From positions 34,598,001-34,662,000 of the forward strand of contig NC_058368.1 in assembly GCF_018350175.1 (NCBI RefSeq): a stretch of 64,000 bases of DNA, in the 5' to 3' direction. Below, one piece after another: positions 1-12,495 of this stretch. Origin of the DNA: Felis catus (taxonomy: Eukaryota). A program made the position numbers and the translations under genes. The notes below the pieces were generated by a model, which ran no database searches, was not told where the DNA came from, and worked only from the letters and a program-made list of their open reading frames with translations. Position 1 is the stretch's first letter. Each line of letters opens with the position of its first letter.

Positions 1-277
1 GAAAATTAAAATATGTGAAGATGAATCAAATTTCCATTTTAGAACCAAAATTTACAATATCTGAAATTAAACTAACTCAATGGATAGGCTCAACAGCAGG
101 ATGTAGAGGACAGAGTAAAAGAATCAGTGAACTTGAAGAGCACAGTAGAAATTATCCAATTTAAATAAAATGAAAGAAAATAGAATGAAAAAAATAAAAA
201 ACAGAGCCTCAGAGACCTAGTGGAATATAATAAAAGATTTATCATTTGTGTTATCAGAGTCCCAGAATGAGAGGATT

Positions 278-327
<50 letters not shown>

Positions 328-390
328 TGGGGGTAAGGAGAAAGTATGTACAAAATCAACGGCTGAAAATTTCACAAATTGGGGCAGAAA
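1..390 (+). mobile_element. Decayed L1 (L1M-type) ORF1 fragment, interrupted by (TG)n
   Basis: Tracts such as aatggataggctcaacagcag...gaatcagtgaacttgaag...agaaattatccaat...acagagcctcagagacct...atcagagtcccagaa...ggctgaaaatttcacaaatt resemble the ORF1 region of ancient mammalian L1. No open frame. Confidence 0.75.
280..325. repeat. (TG)n microsatellite
   Basis: Visible directly; explains the VCVC/HTHT ORFs. Confidence 0.98.
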
Positions 391-869
391 TGTGTATACA
401 ATTTGCCTGTTCCTTGAAAGACTGAATATTCTAATTGTAGAATAAGAATCCAAGTATGTGGAGAAGGGAATAGATGTCAACAAACACAGTATAATGGCAT
501 AAGTATTACAGTAGATATTTGATAAAAATGCTGATAGAGAGAGATTAACTCTGATCAGAAGAAAGACCTTTCAGAAAGATGAATAAATGTGAATCTAATC
601 TTAAAGGAAGTATAGAGTTTAGCAAAGCAAAATGCAAAAGAAATATATAGTGAGCTGTGAAAATCTTTGGCTTCTATTTGTTACTTGGGCTCAGAGAGTA
701 TTCTTGACTTATATTTTATATATGCTTTTAGTGTGAGATGATGTAGACTCTGGGCCTGAAGTAAAGTGGTAGCAGCACATTACACAAAAGGAGAGGTGTG
801 GGTGGGTTTTAACAATTCTAGAGAATGTTAGCAACAAGTATAACATAGAGAAAGGTTCATATAGGATAT

Positions 870-1080
870 TGACCTCCAAAATGGCAGATCAAGACCATGG
901 TAAAGTCACTTTCCCTCTAAAACAATGATAATGTGGGAAAGACAGCTAAAATCAACATTTCAGAACTCTAGAAATTAACCAGGCACACAGAACAAACTTA
1001 AAATTGTCCCTCTAAGAGAAAGGACTGAACCTCAGTAAGACAGAGGATCAGCACACTTTATCATCAGGCAAGACATGTAG
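870..1080 (+). mobile_element. Putative ancient L1 5' end (L1MC/L1MD-like 5' UTR)
   Basis: ccaaaatggcag...aatcaacatttcagaactctagaaattaacc resembles remembered old L1 5'-end consensus. Confidence 0.45.
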
Positions 1081-1114
1081 GGAGATATTCTGAATAATCA
1101 TTGATTGTGCATTA

Positions 1115-1590
1115 AATTACACCTGACATAAAACCAGGTGAAGACATCCAAACAAAGGAAAACTATGGAATGTCCCTTATGAGTACAGATACAAAATTCC
1201 TCAACAAAGTATTAACAAACCAAATACAGAAATATATGAGAAATATTATAAATTACGACCAAATGGGACTACTTCACAAATGCAGCACTTTTTGTATAGT
1301 TCAAGAGATTAAAACTAATTATTGTAGTTTACCATATAAATAAAAAACAGATGATCATTTCAATATGGGCAGAAGCGTTTGACAAAATCTAACCTCTATG
1401 TGTTATTAAAACACTTAACAACCAGAAAGGAGAAAGAAACATCCTCAATCTGATAAAGGATATCTACAGAAAGCCCACAGCCAATGTCATACTTAAGGGA
1501 GAAAGAATGCATGCTTTCCTCTTATTATCAGGAATAAGAATACCTACTGTAGCCATTTTTATTCAACAATGTACTAGAGGTTCTAATAAC
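1115..1590 (+). mobile_element. Decayed L1 ORF2 (reverse transcriptase region) fragment
   Basis: gaaaactat...gatacaaaattcctcaacaaagtattaacaaaccaaat...ctcaatctgataaaggatatctacagaaagcccacagccaa...ttattcaacaatgtactagaggttcta matches the L1 RT region and parallels the L1 at 37802-38290. Confidence 0.85.
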
Positions 1591-2231
1591 AATAAATTGG
1601 CAATTGTCTAAAACCTTTCTTTTTCTTTTTCTTTTTTTTTTGATATCTCTTCTAGCACCTTGATATAGAACATTCCTACTTTGTAAAAGTAAAACATCTA
1701 CATTTATAACTTATTTCCCTTCTATTAATTCAAAGTAATGAGAGCAGAGTACTCGCCTTAGATATAACTTCAATGATTTTATATTCCTACTTGTAATTAC
1801 TAGAGAGGATTCTGGAGTCACTTACATACTTATATTCTAGGTTTGGTCAAATGAGGTGCTGTACTTGTTACTATATATAAGATAACTGGATGGAAAATTT
1901 ATTTGCTCAGGTATTTCCTTATTTCTAAGCCCAAAGGTATCAGACTTAGTCTGTTGTGATTGATAACAGTGTTTCAAAATGTTATTCTTATATTCACAGA
2001 AATGTCATGCTCTTTTTATTTCTCTATATTTACCCTTCATCACTCATTTTGTGATACAACTTGTTCTTCCTTTTGGTTTTACTCATTTCCATCTTCCATG
2101 ATAATATAACAATATCTTATCTGTGATTCAAAATACCTCTCATGCAGTTCAAGTACAGTATTCCTTTCATTTTACCTCCATCATACAGCTTTAATAAATT
2201 GGTCAACTGGGTTCTAAATAAAAGCCTTCAG

Positions 2232-2402
2232 GGATGCAAACCATAAAGACTCTTAAAAACTGAGAATAAACTGAGGGTTGATGGTGGGTGGGAGGGAGGG
2301 GAAAGTGGATGATGGGCATTGAGGATGGCACCTGTTGGGATGAGCACTGGGTGTTGTATGGAAATGAACTTGACAATAAATTTCACATTAAAACAAACAA
2401 AA
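2232..2402 (+). mobile_element. 5'-truncated carnivore/felid L1 3' end with A-rich tail and 12-bp TSD
   Basis: gactcttaaaaactgagaataaactgagggttgatgg...gggatgagcactgggtgttgtatggaaa...aataaa is typical carnivore L1 3' UTR. Identical aaaagccttcag at 2220-2231 and 2403-2414. Confidence 0.9.
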
Positions 2403-3740
2403 AAAAGCCTTCAGTGAAAAATATTTTTATTCTATTTCTGTCTTGAACATCTTAACACAAATTAGTTATTGCAAATCAAAAATAGTAAGGTTTTGGTTAT
2501 TATGATACTTGTGCTTATGTTAGTTTGGAATTTATTATGTCTAAAGGCAAAGGATACCCACCTATCTGTGTCTACAATATAATGCTGTAACATGTATTCC
2601 CCAGACACCTTGACAAGCATGTTATATGAGAAAAGTACAGAGAAAAAGAAGAGAGCAATTCTCTCCAAAGAACCAGTATGATATGATATTGAAAGTTATC
2701 TGTACACTTAAGAGTGATTTTTAGAATTTTCATTGAAAGGAAATGTCATAACCTATAGTCCATTTTTATCTGCTCTAATAAAAAAGGCAATGAATGTCAC
2801 AACTCTTTGATATCTCTTATAAATTTTGAACACGTCAAAACTGCATACTATTATTTCCATAAAATTTCCATGAGGTAAAAAAAATCAGAAATATCAGTCT
2901 GGGCAACCATGTAATATATTCCAAGACTTTTAAAATCTCATTTTATATAATATTTTGCAAAATATAATTTTCCTTTTCTTGTGGACTTCTCTTTTGGACT
3001 TATCTATCTTCTGTCTTTTTTCCCCAGATTGCTTCATTGCTCCACTAATTGCTTGCTTGCTATGGTGTTATATAAACAACTGTGATATTATTATTATAGA
3101 TTAATGGTTATACCTTTCAAGCTCAGAAAACAGACCGCTATCCATATCTATCCATATGATGTTCCCCACATGCAGTATCTAGACACTTGGACAAGAGGCT
3201 ATTTAATAAAACAATACAAAGAAGGAAGAAAAATAGCTTCTTAAACCTCAGCATATTTTATTAAAGTTATCTATGAACTTAGGAATGAGTTTGAGAGGTT
3301 TTCTTGAATAAGAATATTATAACCTGTAGGTCAGATAGGAGAAAGTGGGGACTAAGAAAAGTAAATAGAATGTAAATTAGTGAACAAAATAGAATTGTGT
3401 TTTTGGAAGTTTGGGGCTGAGTTTCAACATAAAATATGTTTTATTGCATTTTAAATTAAACTATCCAAGTAAGTGTTATTTAAAATAAAAATTCCTGCTG
3501 TAATCTATATAGAATGACAATGCAAATAACAAAACAAATGTTTATTATATAAAAAATATATAATTTTAGTGCAGACACCCTGCTTTATGCAATGGATATA
3601 TTGATGGAAAACTACGTATATTGCATTTGGTAAATCAAGTTTTACTTTTGAATGTATTAGATTAAAAACTGAATATTTTTATTTCCAAATAAATTTTAAT
3701 GAAAGATTTATCAGAATCAGACCTTTAAAGTTTAGGGGCT

Positions 3741-3763
3741 ATTTATTTATTTAGTTAGTTTAG

Positions 3764-3794
<31 letters not shown>

Positions 3795-3972
3795 CATTTA
3801 TTTATTTTGGGAGAGACAAAGAGCACGTCTAGGGGAGGGGCAGAGAGAGAGAATCCCAAGCAGGTTCTACAGTGTCAGCACAGAGCCCAAAGTGGGGCTT
3901 GAACTCACAAAACTCTGTCTGAGCCAAAATCAAGAGTTGGATGCTTAACCACGTGAGTCACCCAGGAGCCCC
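3741..3972 (-). mobile_element. Carnivore SINE (SINEC) with (TTTAG)n-expanded tail
   Basis: Reverse-complement head gagtcacccaggagcccc, gagagaatcccaagcagg body, T-rich tail. Confidence 0.92.
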
Positions 3973-4084
3973 TCTTATATTTTATATATGTTTGCTTAAA
4001 GCAGATTACCCTAAATAGTTCAGGCACATGAAAATATTACCATGGAAGGTAATTTATCAATATTATAGAAAGAGGCAAAAATGC

Positions 4085-4210
4085 ATCATTTATTTATCCA
4101 TCAACAAATATTTATTACTCTTTGGCAGCCTATGTGTCAGTAAGCAGGCAAAATTCCCAGATAAAATAATAAATGAAACTGAAGCAATCCTCAAGAAGTT
4201 TGAAGTTCAG
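4085..4210 (-). mobile_element. L2 3'-end relic
   Basis: catttatttatccatcaacaaatatttatt...cctatgtgtcag...cctcaagaagttt resembles the L2 terminus. Confidence 0.55.
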
Positions 4211-5030
4211 GAAAAAAAAATCATCCTCATCATCACATTATGTGTATTTGAGAACCATATGTTACTATTAATTTATTTTTATGATAGCCATTGATCAGAA
4301 AGAGAATGGAAGTCATGAATTTTTTTAACTTTCTGTTCTATATTGACAGGGACCCTGAGCCTCACACAAATTACTACAGGTTTAGAAGGTAAATGCACTT
4401 TTCCTATTTGCATTACTAAATCTCATTAAACCTGGGCCCAGTGATTTCATTTTGACTTGACATCTGGAATGGATATATCAGATTTTGTGGCTGTTACTTG
4501 GGTGACAACCCAAGAATAAATGTTTAAGAAAATTGGGTTCAGGGCTCATAATAGTAGAATGGGCGTTGAGATTAGTTTAAGAATATGATAATTATACACC
4601 AATCCTATCTTGTCCATGAGTTCACATGATTTACATGGTGACAGATTTATCTTTAATCCAAATTCCTATAGTTTGTAATTGTTCATTTAACCTCTTGTCT
4701 GTTTTTGTTTTATCAATCAGTTTGTAGTGCCTTGCAGGCTAAGTAATTTCCTGTGTCTCCCATTATTCACTTTAACTTATGAGCAGCCCTTGATCTTATG
4801 TGAAAACTCACCCATTCAGGATATCAGTGTCTTCATGGAAATTACATTAAGTGAGAAAGGATTGGAAATGTGTAGGATTTTACATAGTTTTGAAATTATG
4901 ATAGAAGATGTGACATGTTGATGAAGAGAGACAGAAGAAATGCAGTTGTACTAATTTTCATGCCTCCCACATAACACTCAATGCCTTGTACAGAGTAACA
5001 AACACTAAATTGAATTGTTCACTCTGATAA

Positions 5031-5032
<2 letters not shown>

Positions 5033-5078
<46 letters not shown>
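5033..5078. repeat. (TA)n microsatellite
   Basis: Visible directly. Confidence 0.98.
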
Positions 5079-5080
<2 letters not shown>

Positions 5081-6044
5081 CCTGTCTTTAGTAGAAAAAC
5101 AAAACCCATAAACTTCTTCTTCCCTATAAGCCCAGGGCATAGGAACTCAACATACTTAGAATTCTGCCTAATTTACAGGTAGAACATGGGGAGGGGAAGT
5201 AGGTTGGTGCAAGAAATCATGTTAAACTTCTTTTAGTCCCCAGACATCAAAGGTTTTAACATTCCCTCCAAGGTCATTTTACTTCAGTGAATTGTGGCTT
5301 GCACATTATGCTTCCTATCTTCTTCCCAGGGTATCATGAGAATTAATGAGATGCTCAGCCCAATTCACATATTTCTCCACACCTCTGTGGATCTCCTCCA
5401 TACCCCAAGGAGTACTTTATAGGCATCCTTTACTGGAATTTCAGTATGCTCAATTAAGGAAAATTTAATTAAAAATTTATTTCAAAAATAACATCAAACT
5501 CCCCAATGCTTTCAAACTTACAAGCATTCCTCTCTGTAAAACACATATTAATTAGGGATCCCTACTACATTTGGTGTTCATTGGATGTCTTGAACTATTT
5601 AACCACACACTCCCCCCTTTAATTTAAAAAAAATCACAACTGTAACTGGGGGAAATACTCTACAAAATTAATATGCATCTTGCACCCTATTCATGCTTCT
5701 GTACATGGAGTTCTCATTGCAATTAGTTGGAACTCTGCACACTGATGAAATGAGGTGTTTGCAGAGAATGTCAATCTGGCCCTCCACCTCTACTTTTCTG
5801 AATAATTGAAAGTTAAATTATCAAGATGGAAGTCCTAAAGATCAAGACGACTCTTTGGTGCTTTATAGATATTCAAAGTTCCTCCCCATCCAACAGTCTC
5901 CTGTATACTTGAGAGAAATAAAAAGCTAAATATTTAAAGAAAGGAGTGTGTGTAAGCGGGGCAGGACAGGAAAGTGAAGAAACGAAGGGTTCATCTGAAC
6001 CGTAAAGGGTCGAATTAATTTGCCAACTTCTGAGTCAAATGGTT

Positions 6045-6190
6045 GTGTGTTATAGGAGAGAGTATGCTGATTCTGTGTCAAAAAAGATTGTTCTACTATC
6101 AACAACTGGCTGTTACAAACACCCTATATGGCTTTGGGCAAATCACCTACTTCTGTGCTCTTCAGATTTCTCATTTACAAAGAGGAAACT
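6045..6190 (+). mobile_element. MIR relic
   Basis: MIR core-like tggctttgggcaaatcacctacttctgtg...cagatttctcatttacaaa. Confidence 0.65.
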
Positions 6191-6934
6191 AGATCATATC
6201 TAGACTCTCTTCCAGCCTTAATTTCCATATGTCTGTGTTTAACTCCCATTGTTCATACCAGGGACTGGCCCTGTATCTCAGGAATCATATTTTACTTGTC
6301 CACATTCCCTCTTAAATAAATGCTCAGTGGGAGCACTTGGGAGACATCCACTTTTTATATCCATAGTTCCTGGCACAAGGTAGATCCTGAATGCAAGTTT
6401 GCTGAACTCTCATCGTGAAAAGGCAAAAATAAATAAATAGCATTACCCTGAAAAACTGCATAATCTTGTTTATTCCAAAAGTAGACATCTATATAACTAA
6501 TGTTTTTATCTTCTCTTTTAAAATTTTATATTCTGAGGAAGGTGAAAATAAATGACAGTGAGAAACACAAGACATTAATAAATAACAGGCAAGTTTTATT
6601 GAAAAGTGAAATCAAGAAAAGTAGAATGACCCATAGCACAAAGCCTGTGAGAAAAAAGAGGCAATTTTATAAAAGAAAACTAGCCCACAATGGCCTTGCT
6701 GCTGTCCTAAACTGCAGAATACATGTATAGTCTGTGTTTAATGGTCCACAAGTGGCAAATTATCATTTTTCATTTGTTTTTATTTCTTCTTGGTAATTGG
6801 AAAGATAATATAACAGCATCAAAAATAGCATTTATTACTTCTAACAATAAGGACCCAAAAGAAAGCAACTATTTTGAGACTAATGAAATATCCATGTGCA
6901 GTCCTAAGAAGAGTGAGTTAATCACTAAACAGAG

Positions 6935-7026
6935 CTGATGAAATATCCAATTTAGTTGTTTTGCATAGATGTTATCTCCTGCCATGTTAAGAGGAGATTT
7001 TCATACAAAACAATTAATCGGCATTA
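6935..7026. repeat. Copy A of a ~92-bp dispersed direct duplication
   Basis: Aligns by hand to 7908-7998 with about 14 differences. Confidence 0.9.
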
Positions 7027-7907
7027 ATCTTGGCTGCCACATTAGTCTGCCTTTCCAGCTTCTTGCTGCTAATTTTAGAAATGGCAATTAGTGCAAAGTA
7101 ACATACCTAAAACTTGGGACTATGCCACATTTTTGCCCTAACTCTCCAACACCTGCGTTTTTTTCCTGATCCTTTTACTCTTATCTGGTTACTCTATTTC
7201 CTGTATTCAAAGTAGCTTCATTTTTTTCCTATTTTCCTCTTATTTCTATTTACCTTCTCTCTCCCACTAAACCAATTTATTTTTCTATCTTACTCTTCTT
7301 ATCTGGCATCCAATGCTCATGGATTTGATCTTAACAAATAATAGACAGCCAGCTTTTCAGGACTGGTTAAAGACTCATTCTCAATCTGTTATTGGCTCTT
7401 ACTGAATGCTATTTGGAAAAAGAAATATGTCTTAAAAGTATCATTTAAAGGACAGAATAAATCCTATTATTGTATGAAGTCAAATAGCCACAGTCTATAT
7501 ACATGATTATATCATACCAACATAGCTTCTTAGATATTACTTTCTTTGAGTTCACCTGCAATGTTTTGTCTTTGAATTTTATCTTAAGATGTTACAAGAA
7601 AGGCTGTTGATCAAAATCCTCTAAACACATACCATTCTGGGAGAGAGGAAAAAAGGGGAAATAATTGCTTTCCTTCACAAATTGGTATTCTTCCTCTTTT
7701 TTTTTTTATTTGTTCTTTTTTCTCTTTGACAGCTAGGAAACTCAACATCAAATTTCATATTCACTTGTAGCAACTGGTAACAAAACAGCATAATCCTCTT
7801 AAGCCTGAAAATAAAATGCAGTCTCAAGTATTTGTTTTCTACAATTGACCTTTATTATCATGGCTTCTAGTTTCAGAAATGTATGCCATGTGTGCTCTAT
7901 CCAAAGT

Positions 7908-7998
7908 CTGATGAAATATCTAATATAGTTGTTTGCAGAGATGTTATTTCCTGTCATGTCAGAAGGAGATTCTTATACAAAATGATTAATCAGCATTA
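7908..7998. repeat. Copy B of a ~92-bp dispersed direct duplication
   Basis: Aligns by hand to 6935-7026. Confidence 0.9.
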
Positions 7999-8038
7999 GT
8001 GGATATAAAACTTCCATGTGTTAATATATACAAAGTGT

Positions 8039-8209
8039 GGGGCGCCTGAATGACTCAGTTGGTTAAGGGTCTGAGTCTTGATTTTGACTCAGGTTGTGAT
8101 CTCAGTTGTGAGATGGAGACCAGAGTGGGGCTCTGCACTGTGCAGGAAGTCTGCTTAAGATTCTCTCCTTCTCTCTCTGACCCTCCCCTGCTCACACATC
8201 TCTCTCTAA

Positions 8210-8213
<4 letters not shown>
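8039..8213 (+). mobile_element. SINEC followed by a (TA)-rich tail extending to ~8305
   Basis: ggggcgcctgaatgactcagttggttaag head, ctgcttaagattctctc body, CT-rich segment. Confidence 0.92.
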
Positions 8214-8249
<36 letters not shown>

Positions 8250-8349
8250 GTAAAATATATCTATATATCTATATAATATATCTATATCTAATCTATCATA
8301 TATATGTAGAAAAGTGAGATGTCACTGAACATTATAGAATGGATTCTGT

Positions 8350-8446
8350 GGGGCATCTGGTTGGCTCAGTTGGTGGAGCAACTCTTAATCTCGGGGTCAT
8401 GAGTTTGAGTCCCATATTGGGTGTAGAGATTACTTAAAAAATAAAA
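8350..8446 (+). mobile_element. Short tRNA-like SINE (SINEC_old type) with TSD
   Basis: A-box TGGCTCAGTTGG at 8362-8373, decayed B-box gtttgagtcc at 8403-8412, then gtagagattacttaaaaa tail. TSD agaat(g/t)gattctgt at 8336-8349 and 8447-8460. Confidence 0.85.
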
Positions 8447-11174
8447 AGAATTGATTCTGTTTGAAGATATATGAACTGTCGTCTTACATGTTACTACAGT
8501 GCAGAATTCTATTCCATCTTAAGAAAATATGAAATTGAGTTTTTAATGGTGAAAAATAGTTTTTATTTGAAATAAAATAAGAAAAATCCAATATGTAGAA
8601 TTCCCAAATTGAATCTCAAAATTAAGCTCTCTTTATGAATAAGTTCAACCACATTAAATTGCATTGGAAAATATTCCAACAAGTAATTTTATAGGGAGGT
8701 TATGTAGGAGAATCTCAAGAGATTCTCTGTGGCAAATATCCTGAAGATGGTTACAAAGAGATTAATGTAGATTTCTTTTTTCTACTTCTATAGAGTCAAT
8801 ATGTTTACATCTTAGGCAACTTTCTTCCTAATGCCTATGCAATGGTAATCTAATGCCTTCAAAGTTGGCAAAAAAAAGAAAAAAAAATAGTCTTCAGAAG
8901 AGAAACCTGAAGATATTCTCTACTCATCTTTTTAAGTCTCTATGAGTGATGTAAGAAGAAATGATTGGTGCTGGGAACTGTTATTCTATTACTGTTAACT
9001 GTTATTAATATTGTTACAACCAGGAGCTCCATGGATTATACACAGTTTCTTTCTCTAAGTGCAGTAGATTGGATTGCCAGAAAATGAATGGTCAGGGGAC
9101 TCTCATTTTCTCCTTTACAATGATTCATACATCAATCTCATCCTGATTTCTTTAGACCTATTTCAAAAATCTTGAAAGTACAGGCAGAGAGTCCACACTC
9201 AATTACCAGCCTGTTGGTTTCAAAGATAAAGAACTGAGTTGTGGGGAAAGTAAATGAGGGTAGGAGGTTACTATGATAGTTTCGGTCATCATATCAGTTT
9301 AGGAATCTGTAAGTGAGGCCACTTGCTGCTATGGCCAACATCAGAAGATTATTAGACACAGTTCTAATTTTTATGCAAGCCAAATCCCACAAGCCTTTAC
9401 ATGTGTAAAAAGACATTCATTTCAAATATTCAGGAATGACATAAAATAGTATATACAAGAATTTTTTAAAAAGCTACTGAAACCAAGTTTCTCTGTTCCC
9501 TCTGGAGCTAGAGTATCTAAGAGCAAGTAAGTGAAAATACTATAGGGACATTCATAAACTGGCTGTCATTTTAGTTAAATTAAGCATTCTCACACTTCAG
9601 GTGTTTATTATTTATAATATAGTCCCTGTGATACTTCTCACAAACACTCCTGACACAGTAGTGAGTACCTCTGCTCTAGATGCAGTTCAGAGAAAATGAC
9701 TAGCATTCTCTTGAGGGTCTTTCTCAACTTTCAAAGGTACAAATGTTTATTAAACATCGCTTACTCCATATCCTTCCCAACTAAATATCTGTTATTACCC
9801 AAAAGCCTCAGGACATGAAGGCAGTCTATTAAGTTATGGGTATTTAGCTGAGAGTTTCCCCCACTGAATATTCTTTCTCATTCAGGTTACTACAATAGTA
9901 TGAAAAGGACATTTTTTTATATATATTATGAAGAATACAGATGCCTAGATAAGAAAAAAAGGACTCAATTTAGCATTCTCTGCACCCACAATTTCTATTT
10001 TTTTATAAATATTAAGCATATGTTTTTCTGGAATTATTTCCAGTTACCTCTGAATCAAATTCTGGCCTCAGAATTAAATAGTACGACTACTGATTTTTCT
10101 TGTGCCTTGTGGTCAGTGGCAAATATATAGATTTGAATTTAACCAAGGTATATTAGTTCATATAGAATGCTAACTCATAAATTTGGAGGAAAAAAAAAAG
10201 AAAGAAGAAAGAATTTTGCTCTATGCTACATAAAGTCAATCTGTTGAATTCACTATCATGGGAGGTCACTGAGCCCAATACCATGGCTATATAGTTTTAT
10301 GACTCTTAATAACATTTGTTGTATGCAAAGCATAGATAATGACAGAGGAAACCAAACCTTATGCTTCATTGCATGTACTACTTTTCTTGTGGTTCATGAA
10401 GAATAAAACAATACATTGAAAGTCACAACTAACTACTGAAGGAAGAAATTAAGAAATAATACTCATGGATTGAAGTTCTAGTTGATTTTCTAACATGATA
10501 TAATCTATTTTGCTGTATTCTAATGCCTTTCTCTATTTTGAAAATGAAATGTAAATGCTGGTTTAGTTAAGGAATGTGGTAATTTGTGCCAAAATTATAT
10601 AAGAAGAGAAGCTTGTTTTTGATATCCTCCGTCCTATACTTTTTTCCTTTTTCTTTCTTCACTTAGCAAAGTGCTCTCCAAGGTTAAAAACATCTTCTCC
10701 AAGATATTAATAAAATACAAAAAGAAACTCATATTAGATATAAATGATTTGATACTTTAAAAAATTTATTGTAAGACAAACTCCATTTATAAGATAATCA
10801 GGATTAAACAAGATTTCAAGGAAATTTGAGACTGTTTATAGGGGATAGTTCTTTAGGGAATTTGTCAAGATTTTTTGTATGCCTTGGGGACCACTCTCTA
10901 TTTATTCAGAATATATTTGCATTAGAATGATTATATATTATTAAATACTTCTGAGGTAGAATAAGGCTTAATTGAAAATTCTCATTTTATCAATGATTGA
11001 AAGACTCTTCCTTCATCTGAGAACTTGTATGTGACAAAGCTGATCCTAGAAATCAGTTCCTATGAGGCTTAAGAAGAATGTTTGGAAAACAGAATTCCTC
11101 TTCAAAGAAAGAAAATATTATCTTCTTTGTGCATGTCATAGGTAAGACGAACTGTAAATTTATTTTCCACTTAC

Positions 11175-11264
11175 TTGTGAGCTCAGACAATGTGGCTCGA
11201 AGAAGAAAGCTAACCTTGATGGGAAAAACCATTGACCTAAGGCACAATGTCCACCCTCTTGATG
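11175..11264 (-). other. Candidate 90-nt exon (host gene unknown)
   Basis: Minus strand: acceptor ttttttcacttcttttcaattttaaccttaag| and donor CAA|gtaagt. Length is a multiple of 3. Confidence 0.35.
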
Positions 11265-12269
11265 CTTAAGGTTAAAATTGAAAAGAAGTGAAAAAAACAG
11301 TCGACAGAGAGCGCTCATTTATGACATAAAAAAGACTATTTGAATGCTGCAGAAACTGATGGAGATTTTTGATGTGTTGAATGGAGCTTATTAATTGCCT
11401 ACTTGAGATAATTAAAGCATGTGGTAGTCAAAATAATTGGACTCATTGAAAATAAAAGATTTAACCTTGACAGTAGTTTCAGTATGACTGCTGAAATTCA
11501 TCACAATATGGAAAAATATTCTCTTAAAGTTTATAATGCTACTTATGGTACTTTCTAGATGTGCAATATATTTTTATTTAAATAAATCAGGTATGTCATT
11601 CAGTATCATTCTTGGTTTGAGATTAGTAACAGCAACAGAGCAGCAATGTCCTTCCTTGTTTCAAAGTTTAGGCAATGAATCAACCACAAAAAGTGAGGGA
11701 AAGGATATTGTTTTAAGGCCATGTGTTGGTATATTTTGCTTTGGCAGTGGGGTTAGGGTTAAGGACAGGGATTTAATGTTCAATCAATACTTAACATTTG
11801 TGTTTCTTTTTCAAAATAAAATATTTTTTTTCTTTTTGAAAATAACAAATTTTTAAAAATGTGAAAATCTGTGGAATTCTATTTGTAGTAGTAATTTGTA
11901 GAATTCTGAGGGAACTGCAAACTTGAACATTTATTAAATAAATTTTTTTTCTTGTATATATTCAATACCTAGAAAAATAAAGATTTTTTTTCTGGATAAA
12001 ACACCGGATGCCTTAAACTTTCAGTCATTCAGTGGTAGATCTTGATATGCTTTATATTAGAAACAATCGAGGGTTTCTGTATAAAACAATTATTTCATTT
12101 TTAAAAATAATATTCAGTTATATTTCATTGAAAGTCACAGTTGAATTTGTTCTCAGACCATTTTGTTACCAATCATGGAAGTTAATCATTAGATTCTATT
12201 TGTGAAATCAAAATAGAAGGGTACTGTTTGTGAAGGTAATGTTCTAATTATGACACAAAGCAAAACAAA

Positions 12270-12495
12270 ATTACTGGACTTAAAGTCCTGGGTTCTTAAG
12301 AACTGGTTTTACGGCTTAACTTCACAAATTGCCAGCTCTGTGACATTCTCACATATATTACCTCTCTGATGTGTGTGCCTGTGTGTGTGTGTGTGTGTGT
12401 GAACAGAAAATGAGAATAATTGTATCTGCCCACTTACATCACATCGAGTTGTGACGATCAGGCCAAATTAATGTCCCTAAGAGTGCTTTATGAAT
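12270..12495 (+). mobile_element. MIR relic containing (TG)n
   Basis: cctgggttct...ccagctctgtgac...aaaatgagaataat...gagttgtgacgatca...gtgcttt. Confidence 0.6.

Noticed and set aside
4350..4388. 39-nt AG...GT bounded segment on the plus strand
   Set aside because: Weak donor (gtaaat) and no other support; such pseudo-exons are frequent.
6935..7998. CTGATGA at the start of both duplicated copies suggested C/D snoRNAs or hammerhead ribozymes
   Set aside because: No terminal box D (CTGA) or closing stem is shared by the copies, and there is no stem II followed by GAAA.
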